The notes: generated by a model not told the origin, from the letters alone. A DNA stretch of 64,000 bases from Deltaproteobacteria bacterium TL4 (GCA_051382335.1 JBBCAX010000168.1:11915-75914); one strand, 5' to 3'. Shown: positions 29,635-39,996, numbered from the stretch's first letter. Program-made: numbers and translations.

Positions 29635-29644
29635 GGTTTCCGTG

Positions 29645-30127
29645 TTATTGTTCACAGTTCAGACGATAGGATTCGCTTTGGAGGGTGTGGGCTTTACCTT
29701 CAAAAACAGTGTCCGTAAAGATCGAGTCTTTAAGGTTGGCACCTTTCCAGAAGTTGAGTCGATGAAATTGCGCTCCCGAAAAATCGGCTTTGAGCAAACA
29801 ACTATCGTCGAAGTCTGTAAAATAGATATATGATTTTTTAAAGTTTGCGCCATTCAGACGACTGTGTTTGAACGAGACATTCAGCAATACCGCGTTTTCA
29901 AAATTCGCGTTGGTGAAGTCAAGATTGCTGAAGTCGACGTCCCTAAAATCTTTCCCGGAAAAATCTCGCCCTCTAAAATCACAATGATCGAGGGTTAGCG
30001 TGCCATGCGGCTCCGGATTGTCACAATCGCCTTTGAGAGCCATACGACTGTACTCATTCAAGCCCAACGAAATAAGGAGGGTTGCGATAAAAAAATAGAT
30101 TTGCCAATTCAGATGGATGCGTTTCAT
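29645..30127 (-). CDS. Pentapeptide-repeat protein with N-terminal membrane anchor
   Basis: DFRGRDFSGKDFRDVDFSNLDFTNANFENA; ATGA overlap with purL stop. Confidence 0.88.
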   Translation of the reverse strand: MKRIHLNWQIYFFIATLLISLGLNEYSRMALKGDCDNPEPHGTLTLDHCDFRGRDFSGKDFRDVDFSNLDFTNANFENAVLLNVSFKHSRLNGANFKKSYIYFTDFDDSCLLKADFSGAQFHRLNFWKGANLKDSIFTDTVFEGKAHTLQSESYRLNCEQ

Positions 30128-33111
30128 AGGTCTCTTAAAGTAAGTTGCCAATGGGTTTTTAGTTCTTCCAACGTATCTTGAATCAAAACGGAGACATCGG
30201 AACGAATCGTAAATTCAGGAGATTCACAAACTGTTCCTAAATAAAAACAGGCTTGGCCCTGAAACAAAGATTCAAAAACTTGCTGATGTTCCGGTGCGAT
30301 GGTTATGACAAAGCGACTGGGCGATTCTGAAAACAGGAGCTTATCGGGTCTAAGCTGAGTCTGCTGAAGTAAGGCTTCAAGATCAAGAGACATTCCGAAG
30401 CCACCGGCAAAAGCGGTTTCCGCCAAGGCAACGGCCAGGCCCCCATCAGAACAGTCATGGCAGGAACGAACCCATTGATGCTCCACAGCAACACTTACGT
30501 TTTCATAACGTTGTTTGGCTGAAACGCCATCGACCACAGGTACGTTTTTTCCCAGGAGGCGCAAAAGCGCGTAATATTCAGAAGCACCGAGTTCGTCTTT
30601 GGTCTCTCCGAGCAGATAGACCAAATCCCCTGGTGCTTTAGCGTCGCTGGTGACTACTTTTCGAACGTCTTCGATTTTTCCAACAGTCGTAAATAACACA
30701 GTTGGCGGAATCGCGATATGTAACTCACCATACCGATAGTCATTTTTCATACTATCTTTTCCGGAGATACAGGGGACACCATAAAGCGTTGTTAAATCAT
30801 AGAGGGCTTTATTCGCTCGTACCAGTTGAGCCATTTTATAGTGCCCCTCAGGATTCAAAGGGGCCGCTACGGGATCACACCAGCAAAAATTATCCAAGCC
30901 GGCAATCTGTTTTAAACTTCCACCCACAGCAATGATATTTCGAACCGCTTCATCAATCGCACAGCACATCATGTGGTAAGCATCAATGTCACTGTAACGG
31001 GGACAAATACCATTAGCAATGGCAATGCCTTCCATGGAGTCTAAAAGCGGACGAACTACCGCGGCATCACCTGGACCATCATGCTGTATTCCAACCAAAG
31101 GTTTGACAACGCTCCCTCCTTGTACCTCGTGATCATATTGCCTGATGACTGATTCCTTACTGCAAATATTCAAGCGCCTGAGCAGAGCTCTTAAGGTATT
31201 GGTCAAGTTTCCAGGTTGTTGAAATTTCGGCTCTTCGATTTGAGGAGGCTGCCACACTGCGGTTAATTGCATGGGAGGAAGTCCTTCGTGCAGAAAATGC
31301 ATATCCAGGTAAGCGACCACTTGATCGTGGTAGGTAACTTTAAGAACGCCTGAATCGTTGAAGGTCCCCAGAGCTGTGGATTCAACGCCCATTTGCTGAG
31401 ATAACTTTAAAAACGCATCCACCTGTTCTGGTGGTACCGCCAGTGTCATCCGTTCTTGCGCTTCGGAAATAAAGATTTCCCAAGGTTGCAACCCCGGATA
31501 TTTGAGGGGTGCTTTTTCTAATTGTAAATGGCAGCCGTTGGAGGATTGCGCCATTTCTCCGACGGAGGAGGAAAGCCCTCCGGCACCATTATCGGTAAGA
31601 CATCGATAAAGTTGACGGTTCCGAGCGATCAAGAGAAAATCAAACATGCGTTTTTGCGTGATAGGATCGCCAATTTGAACCGCGGTTGCCGGCGAATTTT
31701 CGTTGAGAGCTTCGGAAGAAAAGGTGGCTCCATGAATACCGTCCTTGCCGATGCGACCCCCGACCATCATAATCACATCTCCAGGATCCGCTTTTTTGAG
31801 GTGTGTGGGGTGTCCTTTGATGGTTGCGGGCATGAGTCCTCCGGTGCCACAAAAAACCAAAGGCTTTCCTAAAAAACGCTCATCAAACACGATAGCGCCA
31901 TTTACGGTCGGAATTCCACTTTTATTTCCTCCGTGCTCGACACCTTGCCGAACTCCTTCAAAAATTCTACGAGGATGCATCAGTTTGGGGGGCAGCTCCC
32001 CTTCATGAAAGGGGGAAGCAAAGCAAAACACATCCGTATTGAAAATCAAGGCGGAACCCAAGCCCGTTCCGAAAGTGTCACGGTTGACGCCCACAATCCC
32101 TGTTAACGCACCCCCATAAGGGTCTAAGGCTGAAGGAGAGTTGTGGGTTTCTACCTTCATCACAATATTCCACTGGGCATTAAACCGGATGACTCCCGCA
32201 TTGTCAGAAAAAACCGAGATACACCAGTCGTGCTCGCCCAACGCTTTACGAATATCACCCGTCGATTTTTTGATATATGACTTGTAAAGAGAGTGGATGA
32301 TTTCCGTAGTGCCTGTGGTTTGGTCTGTATATTCGATGGTGGCGTTAAAGATTTTATGTTTGCAGTGCTCCGACCAGGTTTGCGCCAAAACTTCCAGTTC
32401 GACATCGGTCAGGTTTTTGGAAACCCCCGCCTTTTCCCGAATTTGGCGAATTTCGGGCTGATTAAAATAGTCCACAATGATAAGGGCTTCTTCCCGGCTC
32501 AAGGCCAAGGTTCGTTTTCGGCTTAATTGCTGAAGTTCCTCAGCCGAATGAAACTCAAAGGTTTCGATCCGAATCGGGTCGGTAAGTTCAACTTCAGAAA
32601 GGAGCGTGAGTTGTGTTTTGCTGGACTCCCATTCCTCCTTAGAGAGGAAGACCGCCTTTTCAATCAACTCGTTCATTAAAAACTGACGAGTCAATTGTCC
32701 TACCTCCTGACGAGAAAGCGTCCCCTGAAAAAAGTAACCTCTCAGCGCGTGAACAGGGTGCCTTTCCGGTAAAGGGCGTTTCAGCCATAACTCAAAGGCT
32801 TCCTTGGCCGTTCGGCCCTCATTATCGGTAACCCCCGGACGGAATCCCACTTCAACATACCAGTCAAACGGAACATCATCTCCAAAAAATCTATTAACCC
32901 GAGTTTCATGGAGTATCGGATCCTGCAACACCTCCGTGGTGAGTTGTTCGACATCCCGGGTGTCCAGTGCGGAATCCATGAACATGAATACGGATAAGGT
33001 ACGAACACTCTTGAGGTTAAATTCCCGGGTCAGTTCAAGCTGCCTCAATACTTTGGAACCATGAGGATCCGTCAAGGATGATTTAATGATGAGTTCAATA
33101 CGGTGCAGCAT
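30124..33111 (-). CDS. purL: FGAM synthase synthetase subunit with N-terminal PurS-like region
   Basis: QTWSEHCKHK, KVETHNSPS, GKDGIHGATFSS, DNGAGG, SEAQERM, QYDHEV. Confidence 0.96.
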   Translation of the reverse strand: MLHRIELIIKSSLTDPHGSKVLRQLELTREFNLKSVRTLSVFMFMDSALDTRDVEQLTTEVLQDPILHETRVNRFFGDDVPFDWYVEVGFRPGVTDNEGRTAKEAFELWLKRPLPERHPVHALRGYFFQGTLSRQEVGQLTRQFLMNELIEKAVFLSKEEWESSKTQLTLLSEVELTDPIRIETFEFHSAEELQQLSRKRTLALSREEALIIVDYFNQPEIRQIREKAGVSKNLTDVELEVLAQTWSEHCKHKIFNATIEYTDQTTGTTEIIHSLYKSYIKKSTGDIRKALGEHDWCISVFSDNAGVIRFNAQWNIVMKVETHNSPSALDPYGGALTGIVGVNRDTFGTGLGSALIFNTDVFCFASPFHEGELPPKLMHPRRIFEGVRQGVEHGGNKSGIPTVNGAIVFDERFLGKPLVFCGTGGLMPATIKGHPTHLKKADPGDVIMMVGGRIGKDGIHGATFSSEALNENSPATAVQIGDPITQKRMFDFLLIARNRQLYRCLTDNGAGGLSSSVGEMAQSSNGCHLQLEKAPLKYPGLQPWEIFISEAQERMTLAVPPEQVDAFLKLSQQMGVESTALGTFNDSGVLKVTYHDQVVAYLDMHFLHEGLPPMQLTAVWQPPQIEEPKFQQPGNLTNTLRALLRRLNICSKESVIRQYDHEVQGGSVVKPLVGIQHDGPGDAAVVRPLLDSMEGIAIANGICPRYSDIDAYHMMCCAIDEAVRNIIAVGGSLKQIAGLDNFCWCDPVAAPLNPEGHYKMAQLVRANKALYDLTTLYGVPCISGKDSMKNDYRYGELHIAIPPTVLFTTVGKIEDVRKVVTSDAKAPGDLVYLLGETKDELGASEYYALLRLLGKNVPVVDGVSAKQRYENVSVAVEHQWVRSCHDCSDGGLAVALAETAFAGGFGMSLDLEALLQQTQLRPDKLLFSESPSRFVITIAPEHQQVFESLFQGQACFYLGTVCESPEFTIRSDVSVLIQDTLEELKTHWQLTLRDL

Positions 33112-33117
33112 AGGACC

Positions 33118-33405
33118 TTAAATTTCATAATCAACAACCACAGAACTCGAACAGAGTTCTCTCATGGTTTGAATCACAGGAAGATGCTTAGGATGGTCTT
33201 GATAAGTGTTCAAGCCTTCGAGGTTATCAAAATGCGTGATGATCACAATGTCATAGGATCTTTCCGATTCTGTGAAATTTCGACCGACTTCTATATCACG
33301 TAAGGTTTCAATGGCTCCCCTTAACCCCTGGAGGGCACTTACGGCTTTGTTCCAGTTTTCCGGAGCAGGCGTTTTTAATTTGAACATCACAATATGCTTA
33401 ATCAT
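33118..33405 (-). CDS. Dabb-family (stress-responsive A/B barrel) protein
   Basis: MIKHIVMFKLK...YQDHPKH...VVDYE. Confidence 0.9.
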   Translation of the reverse strand: MIKHIVMFKLKTPAPENWNKAVSALQGLRGAIETLRDIEVGRNFTESERSYDIVIITHFDNLEGLNTYQDHPKHLPVIQTMRELCSSSVVVDYEI

Positions 33406-33427
33406 GAGGAGTCTGAGGTTAAAGTTA

Positions 33428-33892
33428 TCAGTTATTCGGAAGAATCGGCTTCCATGCAGGATGAACGTCTGGCGCTGTGGAAATGAGTTCCTCCGCGTCT
33501 TCTCGGGTCACGTAGGCCTCTGCTTCAATTTCAACCAGCATCTCAGGATTAAGCAGTCCCTTTACAGCCACAATCGTGGTGATGGGCCGAATCTTTCCGA
33601 AAACCTCTCGATGGGCTTTACTGACCTCTTTCCAATCCTCCAGGTTGAGGACATAAATCCGGGTACGAATCACATCTTTGAGCGAGGCACCCGCCAAATG
33701 CAAAGTGTGCTCAATATTTTTTAATACTTGCTGAGTTTGGACATAGGGGTCCCCAACTCCAACAATCCGTTCCACGACGTCAGTCGCTGTAGTTCCGCCA
33801 ACCACCACAGTCCGCCCGATACGAACCGCCTGAGAAGAACCTGCGGCCGATTCCAAAGCCGTTGAATTCGAATAATTTCTTCGTTCCATCAC
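33428..33892 (-). CDS. RidA/Rid-family protein
   Basis: SQAVRIG, GGTTA, DVIRTRIYV, H.EVFGKIRP, LVEIEAEA. Confidence 0.9.
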   Translation of the reverse strand: MMERRNYSNSTALESAAGSSQAVRIGRTVVVGGTTATDVVERIVGVGDPYVQTQQVLKNIEHTLHLAGASLKDVIRTRIYVLNLEDWKEVSKAHREVFGKIRPITTIVAVKGLLNPEMLVEIEAEAYVTREDAEELISTAPDVHPAWKPILPNN

Positions 33893-34019
33893 GTAGCCCC
33901 TGGATTTAAATAACGAAGGTGGAAATCACATGCGCCTCTAATGTTTTCATCACGAGCGTTTAAGATACGATTTTAAAAGCAAAAGTCAAACGGCAACCGA
34001 GAAGGAAAATCGGGGTTGG

Positions 34020-34892
34020 TCATAATTTCAACACTCGTTTCAGTTCTTCGGCGATGGCTTGAAACGCTGTTTCGACTTGGTCATGATACTCAAAAAGATC
34101 CAAATCTTTTTCAGAAATGGTGCCATATTCCACGAGTTTGTCCATACAGATTACATTTTTCCAAAATTCTGTGCCAAAGAGTATGATTTTAAGAGGGTTG
34201 ATTTTTCTGGTTTGAACGAGGGTCAGTGTTTCAAAGAGTTCATCCATACTTCCAAAGCCTCCTGGAAAAACGACGGCGACTTTCGCGCGCTTCAAAAAGT
34301 GATATTTTCGTGTGAAGAAATATTGGAAATTAAACTGCATTTCCTCTCCGATGTACGGATTGTGTTTTTGCTCTGCGGGAAGTTGGATATTGAGCCCAAT
34401 GGATTCTCCTCCCGCCTTGTGTGCGCCACGATTTCCAGCTTCCATGATGCCAGGACCACCTCCGGTACAAATGACGAACGGAGGCGCGGCTTTTTCTTTT
34501 TTGAGGCTCAAGGCCCAGCGAGTGAGCTTTTCGGCCAAATCCTGTGCCTGTTGGTAATAATCCGGGATTTTGGGTTTGGATTGGTGGTTGGGCGTACCGA
34601 TTCGTGCGGAACCAAACCACAGGACCGTGTGATGGATTTTTTGTTGTTGTAATACGATTTCTGTATAAATGGTTTCGGATAATACTCGAAACCACAAGGC
34701 TTCACTGCTTGCTACAAAACGCTTATCTAACGCCGGAATAGGATGAGGCTCGACGGGTTTGTTGTCTCTCAACATTCTGGAGAGATAGGACGGATAAAGA
34801 GAACAGGCCAGAGTTCTCAAGATTTCCCCATCCGGGCTGAGTAAAAACTGTTTGTTTGTAAAAGAGTAACTATCTTTGTATTCGAGGTCCAT
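34020..34892 (-). CDS. LOG-family nucleotide phosphoribohydrolase (TIGR00730-like)
   Basis: FGSAR, TGGGPGIMEA, YFFTRK, PGGFGSMDE. Confidence 0.9.
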   Translation of the reverse strand: MDLEYKDSYSFTNKQFLLSPDGEILRTLACSLYPSYLSRMLRDNKPVEPHPIPALDKRFVASSEALWFRVLSETIYTEIVLQQQKIHHTVLWFGSARIGTPNHQSKPKIPDYYQQAQDLAEKLTRWALSLKKEKAAPPFVICTGGGPGIMEAGNRGAHKAGGESIGLNIQLPAEQKHNPYIGEEMQFNFQYFFTRKYHFLKRAKVAVVFPGGFGSMDELFETLTLVQTRKINPLKIILFGTEFWKNVICMDKLVEYGTISEKDLDLFEYHDQVETAFQAIAEELKRVLKL

Positions 34893-34924
34893 TAATTGGT
34901 TTCCCTTAACCGATGGTGTTGGAG

Positions 34925-35377
34925 TTAAGACCGAGAGGCATAAACCGCTTCGAGTCCAACCATTTTCAATAATTCAATTTCGACTGAAAGCATTCGCTGT
35001 TCTTCTTCCTCTGAACGCTCATGATCATATCCCGCAAGATGAGCACAGCCATGTGCGAGTAAGCGGATCAGCTCTGTTTTTTCATCCCATTCATTTTGAG
35101 TTGCTTGGACTTTAACTCGGTCCGTAGAGATTGCCAACTCTCCCAATAGTTCCGATTCTGGATCTTCCTCCCAGTAAGACCAGGAAAGTATATCGGTAGA
35201 GCTGTCTAAATTTCGGTATTGTAAATTCAGCTTCCGCATGTCCTCATCTCTTGTCAAATGAAGATTGAGCCCCCGCTGTTCATGTCCCAAGTGCCGCAAA
35301 AACTCTCGTAAAATACGTTGTATCTTTTTTTCAGTTAACGGAAGAGAAAATCCCTCTTCCCATGAAATCTCTATCAT
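34925..35377 (-). CDS. ybeY: rRNA maturation RNase YbeY
   Basis: LNLQYR..DSSTDILS, LGELAIS, HGCAHLAGYDH. Confidence 0.93.
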   Translation of the reverse strand: MIEISWEEGFSLPLTEKKIQRILREFLRHLGHEQRGLNLHLTRDEDMRKLNLQYRNLDSSTDILSWSYWEEDPESELLGELAISTDRVKVQATQNEWDEKTELIRLLAHGCAHLAGYDHERSEEEEQRMLSVEIELLKMVGLEAVYASRS

Positions 35378-36345
35378 GTTTTTAGCTCTTTATTTGCTGG
35401 CGTTCCATTTCGTTCAAAAACGCGTAGCCGAGCACTGCGGCTGCGTGGATTTTGTTGAATTTCCTGTTCTGTCGGTTGAAGGGGCTTACGTGTTATTACT
35501 TTTCCTAACGACTTTAGTCCACACACGCAATACGGAAGATGAGAAGGACACTGACAAGGATCCTGCCATAAGCGAAATTGTTGTTTGACGATCCGATCTT
35601 CCAGGGAATGGAAGGAGATGATGGCAAGACACCCCTGAGGCTTTAAATAGTGAATGACAAAATCCAAAAGTTGTTGCAACTCCTCAAGTTCGTGGTTGAC
35701 GGCAATTCTTAGGGCTTGGAACGCTTGAGTCGCGGGGTGAAACCCTGGTTTGTGAAATTTCTTTGGAACCGCTGCGGCAATAAATTCCGCAAGTTGCTTC
35801 GTTGTCTTAAAGGGATGAGTCTGTCGGGCGTCCATTATTTTTTTTACAATTCTGGACGCAAATCGTTCTTCTCCAAATTTTCTCAACAAGTTGACAAGTT
35901 CCTGTTCACTAGCGGTATTGACCAGCTCTTCCGCCGTCAACGTATCATGGTTAGGCGTCATGCGCATATCTAAAGGACCCTCTTCAAAAAAAGAAAATCC
36001 CCGATGCTTTTGGTCTATTTGCGCAGAAGAAAAGCCAAGATCCGCAAGCACGTAATCAAAGCGCGACTCAGGCGTCAAGATTTGGGCAAGTTGAGAAAAT
36101 TTAGACTGCGTCAGCAGAATTCGTGAGGTAAATGCCGACAGGGTTTCTCGGGTTGCCAGAAGGGCCTCGGGGTCTCTGTCAATCCCCACGAGGCGTGATT
36201 CTGGGAAAAGCTGTAATAACAAGGCACTATGCCCCCCACCGCCCAGCGTACAATCTAAAATATGGGCGGTGTGAGCCGGAGCCGCGTTAAGTATTTCTTG
36301 GGGAAGTACCGAAATATGTTGGTAGGGGAGGGGAGTATATTCCAT
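35374..36345 (-). CDS. rsmH: 16S rRNA m4C1402 methyltransferase
   Basis: DCTLGGGGHS, DLGFSS, PLDMRM, FQALRIAVN, ISFHSLEDRIVK, NPRSRSARLR. Confidence 0.96.
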   Translation of the reverse strand: MEYTPLPYQHISVLPQEILNAAPAHTAHILDCTLGGGGHSALLLQLFPESRLVGIDRDPEALLATRETLSAFTSRILLTQSKFSQLAQILTPESRFDYVLADLGFSSAQIDQKHRGFSFFEEGPLDMRMTPNHDTLTAEELVNTASEQELVNLLRKFGEERFASRIVKKIMDARQTHPFKTTKQLAEFIAAAVPKKFHKPGFHPATQAFQALRIAVNHELEELQQLLDFVIHYLKPQGCLAIISFHSLEDRIVKQQFRLWQDPCQCPSHLPYCVCGLKSLGKVITRKPLQPTEQEIQQNPRSRSARLRVFERNGTPANKELKT

Positions 36346-36365
36346 GGTTCGATATCGGCTCTGTA

Positions 36366-37421
36366 CTAAAATTTAAAATAGCTTTGGGAGGTTGGATGAA
36401 AGTGATAGTACTGTTGAAATTCTTTGTTCTGTTTGGCGTCTAAATGTTGAAATAGAACATGGGGGTTTATGGCTTTTCGTTGTTCATAGATCACTTGAAG
36501 CAGCAGCGCCACCCAATCAGACGAAATATCCGCTCGTCCAATCAAAACAGGGTATTGCACCGGTAGTTGAAGCGGTTCCGACATGCCAAAGTAGGTGTTG
36601 GCCGGTAAGGTGTAGATCCGGATCCAAGGGACTTCTTTGGTCAGCATATTTTGAATTTTTGTGGATAGATCTAAAAGTCGGAATTCTGAATCCGATCGCA
36701 GGAGAAGATCCAACTCACGCAAAACATAAGGTCCTGTTACCATTAAAACATCTTCAATGAAGGGATCTCGAGGATTGCTGGCAGCAGGTTCTTGCTCTAT
36801 GTTTATGGCTGAGGCGATTGGGGAATTCTGGGAGGGTTGTCCCGAGTCCTTTGCTAATAAAGGCCTCTGCCTTGAGATCCTATCCGTCTTGAGCAATGAA
36901 TCCACGTTTAGAAAATCTGGCCTGTCAAACCAAGTGATTGAGGGGGTAATTTTTGCTTGTTTCGCAAGCTTCAGCCAACTCTGAACAAAGTAGAAGGAAT
37001 TGGTATGGAGGCGCAACGTTTGGTGTATCGCGGGTTCCAGATGTTTGATTTCAGCATGACGACCTAATACATAGAGCAGGTTTGGCCAAAGCAAGGTAAG
37101 GACTCGTAATTGCGGATAGTCCGGCAATAAAGTATAAGCCTGTTGCGCGTTAAGAATGGCCAGGTTGGCCTGACGGGCAAGTAACTTTTCTAACCGAAAT
37201 CGCGGATTGGGTTCAGTCGCTACATGAAGCTGACCTTCTGTTTGAAGACTCGGTGCCTGCCACAGTCGAGCCAGTTCAATCGCAAACTCATGGGAACCTT
37301 CCCCCGGGTTTCCAGAAAGAATCGTTAGGGTTTGTGCTGCTTCAACGGTACAGGTCATGTAACTGGCTATCAGTATCCAGCTCAATGAGAGATAACCGAT
37401 TTTAATTATAAATTGCTTCAT
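36366..37421 (-). CDS. TAXI-family TRAP solute receptor-like protein (divergent)
   Basis: Signal peptide, LTILSGNPGEGS, L.LLWPNLL, TLPANTYFG, FHPTSQSYF. Confidence 0.65.
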   Translation of the reverse strand: MKQFIIKIGYLSLSWILIASYMTCTVEAAQTLTILSGNPGEGSHEFAIELARLWQAPSLQTEGQLHVATEPNPRFRLEKLLARQANLAILNAQQAYTLLPDYPQLRVLTLLWPNLLYVLGRHAEIKHLEPAIHQTLRLHTNSFYFVQSWLKLAKQAKITPSITWFDRPDFLNVDSLLKTDRISRQRPLLAKDSGQPSQNSPIASAINIEQEPAASNPRDPFIEDVLMVTGPYVLRELDLLLRSDSEFRLLDLSTKIQNMLTKEVPWIRIYTLPANTYFGMSEPLQLPVQYPVLIGRADISSDWVALLLQVIYEQRKAINPHVLFQHLDAKQNKEFQQYYHFHPTSQSYFKF

Positions 37422-37582
37422 AAAAACTGTCTCTAAAGGGAACCAAGGGTTTGATGATACCGAACCTTTCAGGAATCCAAAACAATATCAAGACGGTTTT
37501 TCTATTGTTGACATTTCCTTAGTGTTATTTCTGTTCTACTTTTCAGAAAAGTTTTTCCCAAAGAAGTGTTTGTAACTATCTC

Positions 37583-37622
37583 TTGACAATAATCAACTCA
37601 ATTGCTACCTGACATAATCAGG
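37583..37622. promoter_or_regulatory. Two palindromic operator candidates (first is FNR-box-like)
   Basis: TTGAC-AATA-ATCAA (37583-37596) and CCTGA-CATAA-TCAGG (37608-37622). Confidence 0.45.
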
Positions 37623-37658
37623 CATGTGCTTTAATTATTTAACTCAAGGAGGTACTTT

Positions 37659-38975
37659 ATGGGACATATAGTAGGTAAAGATGTCTATCGAAAGCTCGGT
37701 CATAAGATTGATGGTCTGAGTATAAAAGTTCCCTGGAATGAAACCTTTCATGCGATTTTAAAAGAGCTTTACACCACTGAAGAAGCGGATCTGATCGTAA
37801 AAATGCCTTATCGCATGTCAACATTCGAGCAAGTTAAGAAAATCACTCAATATGAAGACTCCAAGTTGAAAAAACTACTAAATGGACTCTCTTTCAAAGG
37901 CTTGGTGATGGATCTATGTTTAGATGGAGAATATTATTATCAGCCATCTCCCTATATTCCAGGTATCTTTGAGTTTACCATGATGAGAACGGGAGGCAAC
38001 CTGAACTACAAAGAATGGGCTAAACTGTTTTACGCCTACATGCATGGTGAAAATTCAGTTTTCGCGGCTAATTGTTCTGAAGAGGATAAAGTCTCTATTC
38101 ATAGGACGCTGCCTCATGAAGGGACTATTGCTGACCAAGATTTTACTGAAGTATTGGACTATGAAAAGGTTACTTCAATTATTGAAAATAATAACAAATT
38201 CGCTATTTCCCTCTGTTCTTGTCGTCATACACAGTTGCATCTGGACCAAAAACATTGCGATGTTCCCTTAGAAAATTGTGGTTCCCTTGGACTTGGAGCG
38301 GATTTATTAATTCGAAACAATTTAGCCCGGGAAGTTTCTAAATCTGAAATGCTGGAAAACGCCGCTCGTTCTAAGGAATTAAATCTGGTTTTTACTTGTG
38401 ATAATGTTAAGAAAAATGTGATGAGTCTTTGTTCCTGTTGCGGATGTTGCTGTGGCTTGCTCAAAGGGATCAAGGAACTGGGTTATCCAAATACCGTGAT
38501 GACTTCCAGCTTTATTGCGGCGATTGACCAAGAGACCTGTAACGGCTGTGGGAAATGCGCCAAATACTGTCATATCAATGCCATTGAAATGATTAGAATT
38601 GATGATCCAACCGCTAAGATCAAAAAGAAACCCCAATTGGATGAGGCGCTTTGTATTGGCTGTGGTGTCTGTGCGCTTAAATGTACAAAAACAGAATCCG
38701 TTAAACTGGTCAAACGAAAGCAACGGGTTCTCCATCCGGAAACAGTATTTGATCGAATTATTCTACAGAGTATTGAAAAAGGCACACTACAAAATCAAAT
38801 ATTTTATGATCCACAAAGTATGACTCAAGAAGTTCTACGAAATATCCTTGGAGCATTTTTAAGATTACCTAGCGTTAAAAAAGCCTTAATGAGTGATCTG
38901 CTACGTTCTACTTTTCTTGGTGTCCTCAAAACTGGAACACGTTTGCAGGGTGATGAAAAGCTCGTCAATATTTAA
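37659..38975 (+). CDS. 4Fe-4S dicluster ferredoxin-domain protein with extra Cys cluster
   Basis: CSCR..C..C, CSCCGCCCG, CNGCGKC..C, CIGCGVC..C; AAGGAGG RBS. Confidence 0.88.
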   Translation: MGHIVGKDVYRKLGHKIDGLSIKVPWNETFHAILKELYTTEEADLIVKMPYRMSTFEQVKKITQYEDSKLKKLLNGLSFKGLVMDLCLDGEYYYQPSPYIPGIFEFTMMRTGGNLNYKEWAKLFYAYMHGENSVFAANCSEEDKVSIHRTLPHEGTIADQDFTEVLDYEKVTSIIENNNKFAISLCSCRHTQLHLDQKHCDVPLENCGSLGLGADLLIRNNLAREVSKSEMLENAARSKELNLVFTCDNVKKNVMSLCSCCGCCCGLLKGIKELGYPNTVMTSSFIAAIDQETCNGCGKCAKYCHINAIEMIRIDDPTAKIKKKPQLDEALCIGCGVCALKCTKTESVKLVKRKQRVLHPETVFDRIILQSIEKGTLQNQIFYDPQSMTQEVLRNILGAFLRLPSVKKALMSDLLRSTFLGVLKTGTRLQGDEKLVNI

Positions 38976-39040
38976 TCGCTGTTGTACATTTCCTTCCTAA
39001 GGAACGCAAAAAAAAATAACGCTCACTGGCTTCTGATTTG

Positions 39041-39095
39041 GGCTGAGCACAAGCGTCCCGCCTGCTTTTACGGGCAGGATACCAGCATTCCCAGG
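39041..39095. repeat. REP-like element, family B, copy 2 (inverted)
   Basis: Reverse complement aligns with 26473-26528. Confidence 0.72.
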
Positions 39096-39096
39096 T

Positions 39097-39231
39097 GGTT
39101 GTTCGAGAATATTGAAATGAAGTGTAGGGTGCTGCTGAGCTTGCGAAGCGCACCGAAAATAAGGGGCTTTGGCGACTTTCTGGTGCACTCGCTTCGCTTC
39201 AACGCACCCTACACCCCATTCTCGGACAGCC
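39097..39231. mobile_element. MITE-like element containing a GTAG-type REP pair
   Basis: Outer IR GGTTGTTCGAGAAT / ATTCTCGGACAGCC (12/14 match); inner TGTAGGGTGC...GCACCCTACA (39123-39213). Confidence 0.6.
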
Positions 39232-39456
39232 TTCCAGGAAAGACTTAGCTAAAAGTCATAACCCTCCACTCAAGTTGCGCTTAGAAAGGATACCCGATAA
39301 AGACGGTGGTTTCCGTTGCTTCTGCGCTTTGACCGACATCAATCATGGCAACCAGGGTAAGATCAACCATCTTAAAGCATTATGGATTGGTTTTTAAGCT
39401 AAAAATTTAACTCCAAATTCGCCTATTGAGCATATTCTTGTAGGATAACTCTGGCG

Positions 39457-39981
39457 TCATTGCATTAACAGTAATAATTCAAACCACAATAAAACCGTTC
39501 CAGAGCAGTAATACTGGCAGGAGCTCACAGCACCGATGTTTTGCCACCCTATTCTAAGCCATGAGGTGAATAATAAAGCAAGGCTCCAAATCAAGGCAAT
39601 CAGGACTTGAAGCCAATGAAGAACGCATAGCAGAAATGGTATTTCTGCAAACATTAAAGACCCTGAGTTTGTTTGATTAAAAAAGGTGACGCCTTTATAG
39701 TATTCCACATTCAGAAAAACCAGGGTGAGTAGAATGGAAAGAACGATCCATAATCTAAAACGTGGTTTATTTTTGCTGCTTAATGCTCGTTGAGCAAGGC
39801 CTATCAAGAGCGTTGCCAAAAACAAGGAACCTCCACTCAGCAGAATAGCGACGAGCGGGAATTGAGTGAAAGGATTGAATTGGAGCGAAGAAAGTTGAGG
39901 TTGAATCAACTTAGATACAATAATCAGCATCCAACCTTCTAAAAGAATAAAAATTCCAATTGCTATTTTTCGATGTTCCAT
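39457..39981 (-). CDS. Divergent heme-copper oxidase subunit III homolog
   Basis: RKIAIGIFILLE, RLWIVLSILLTLVFL.VEYY, LCVLHWLQVLI; 5 TM; directly follows the subunit I homolog. Confidence 0.72.
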   Translation of the reverse strand: MEHRKIAIGIFILLEGWMLIIVSKLIQPQLSSLQFNPFTQFPLVAILLSGGSLFLATLLIGLAQRALSSKNKPRFRLWIVLSILLTLVFLNVEYYKGVTFFNQTNSGSLMFAEIPFLLCVLHWLQVLIALIWSLALLFTSWLRIGWQNIGAVSSCQYYCSGTVLLWFELLLLMQ

Positions 39982-39996
39982 ACGGTTGTTCTGTTT

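Noticed and set aside
34059..34652. 197-aa plus-strand ORF and the many other short overlapping ORFs
   Set aside because: Antisense or alternate-frame shadows of well-supported genes with no motifs
38965..39248. Short ORFs after the Fe-S gene
   Set aside because: They run across palindromic repeats
39280..39369. 29-codon minus-strand ORF MVDLTL...IGYPF as an oxidase subunit IV
   Set aside because: No RBS, no convincing TM helix, no resemblance
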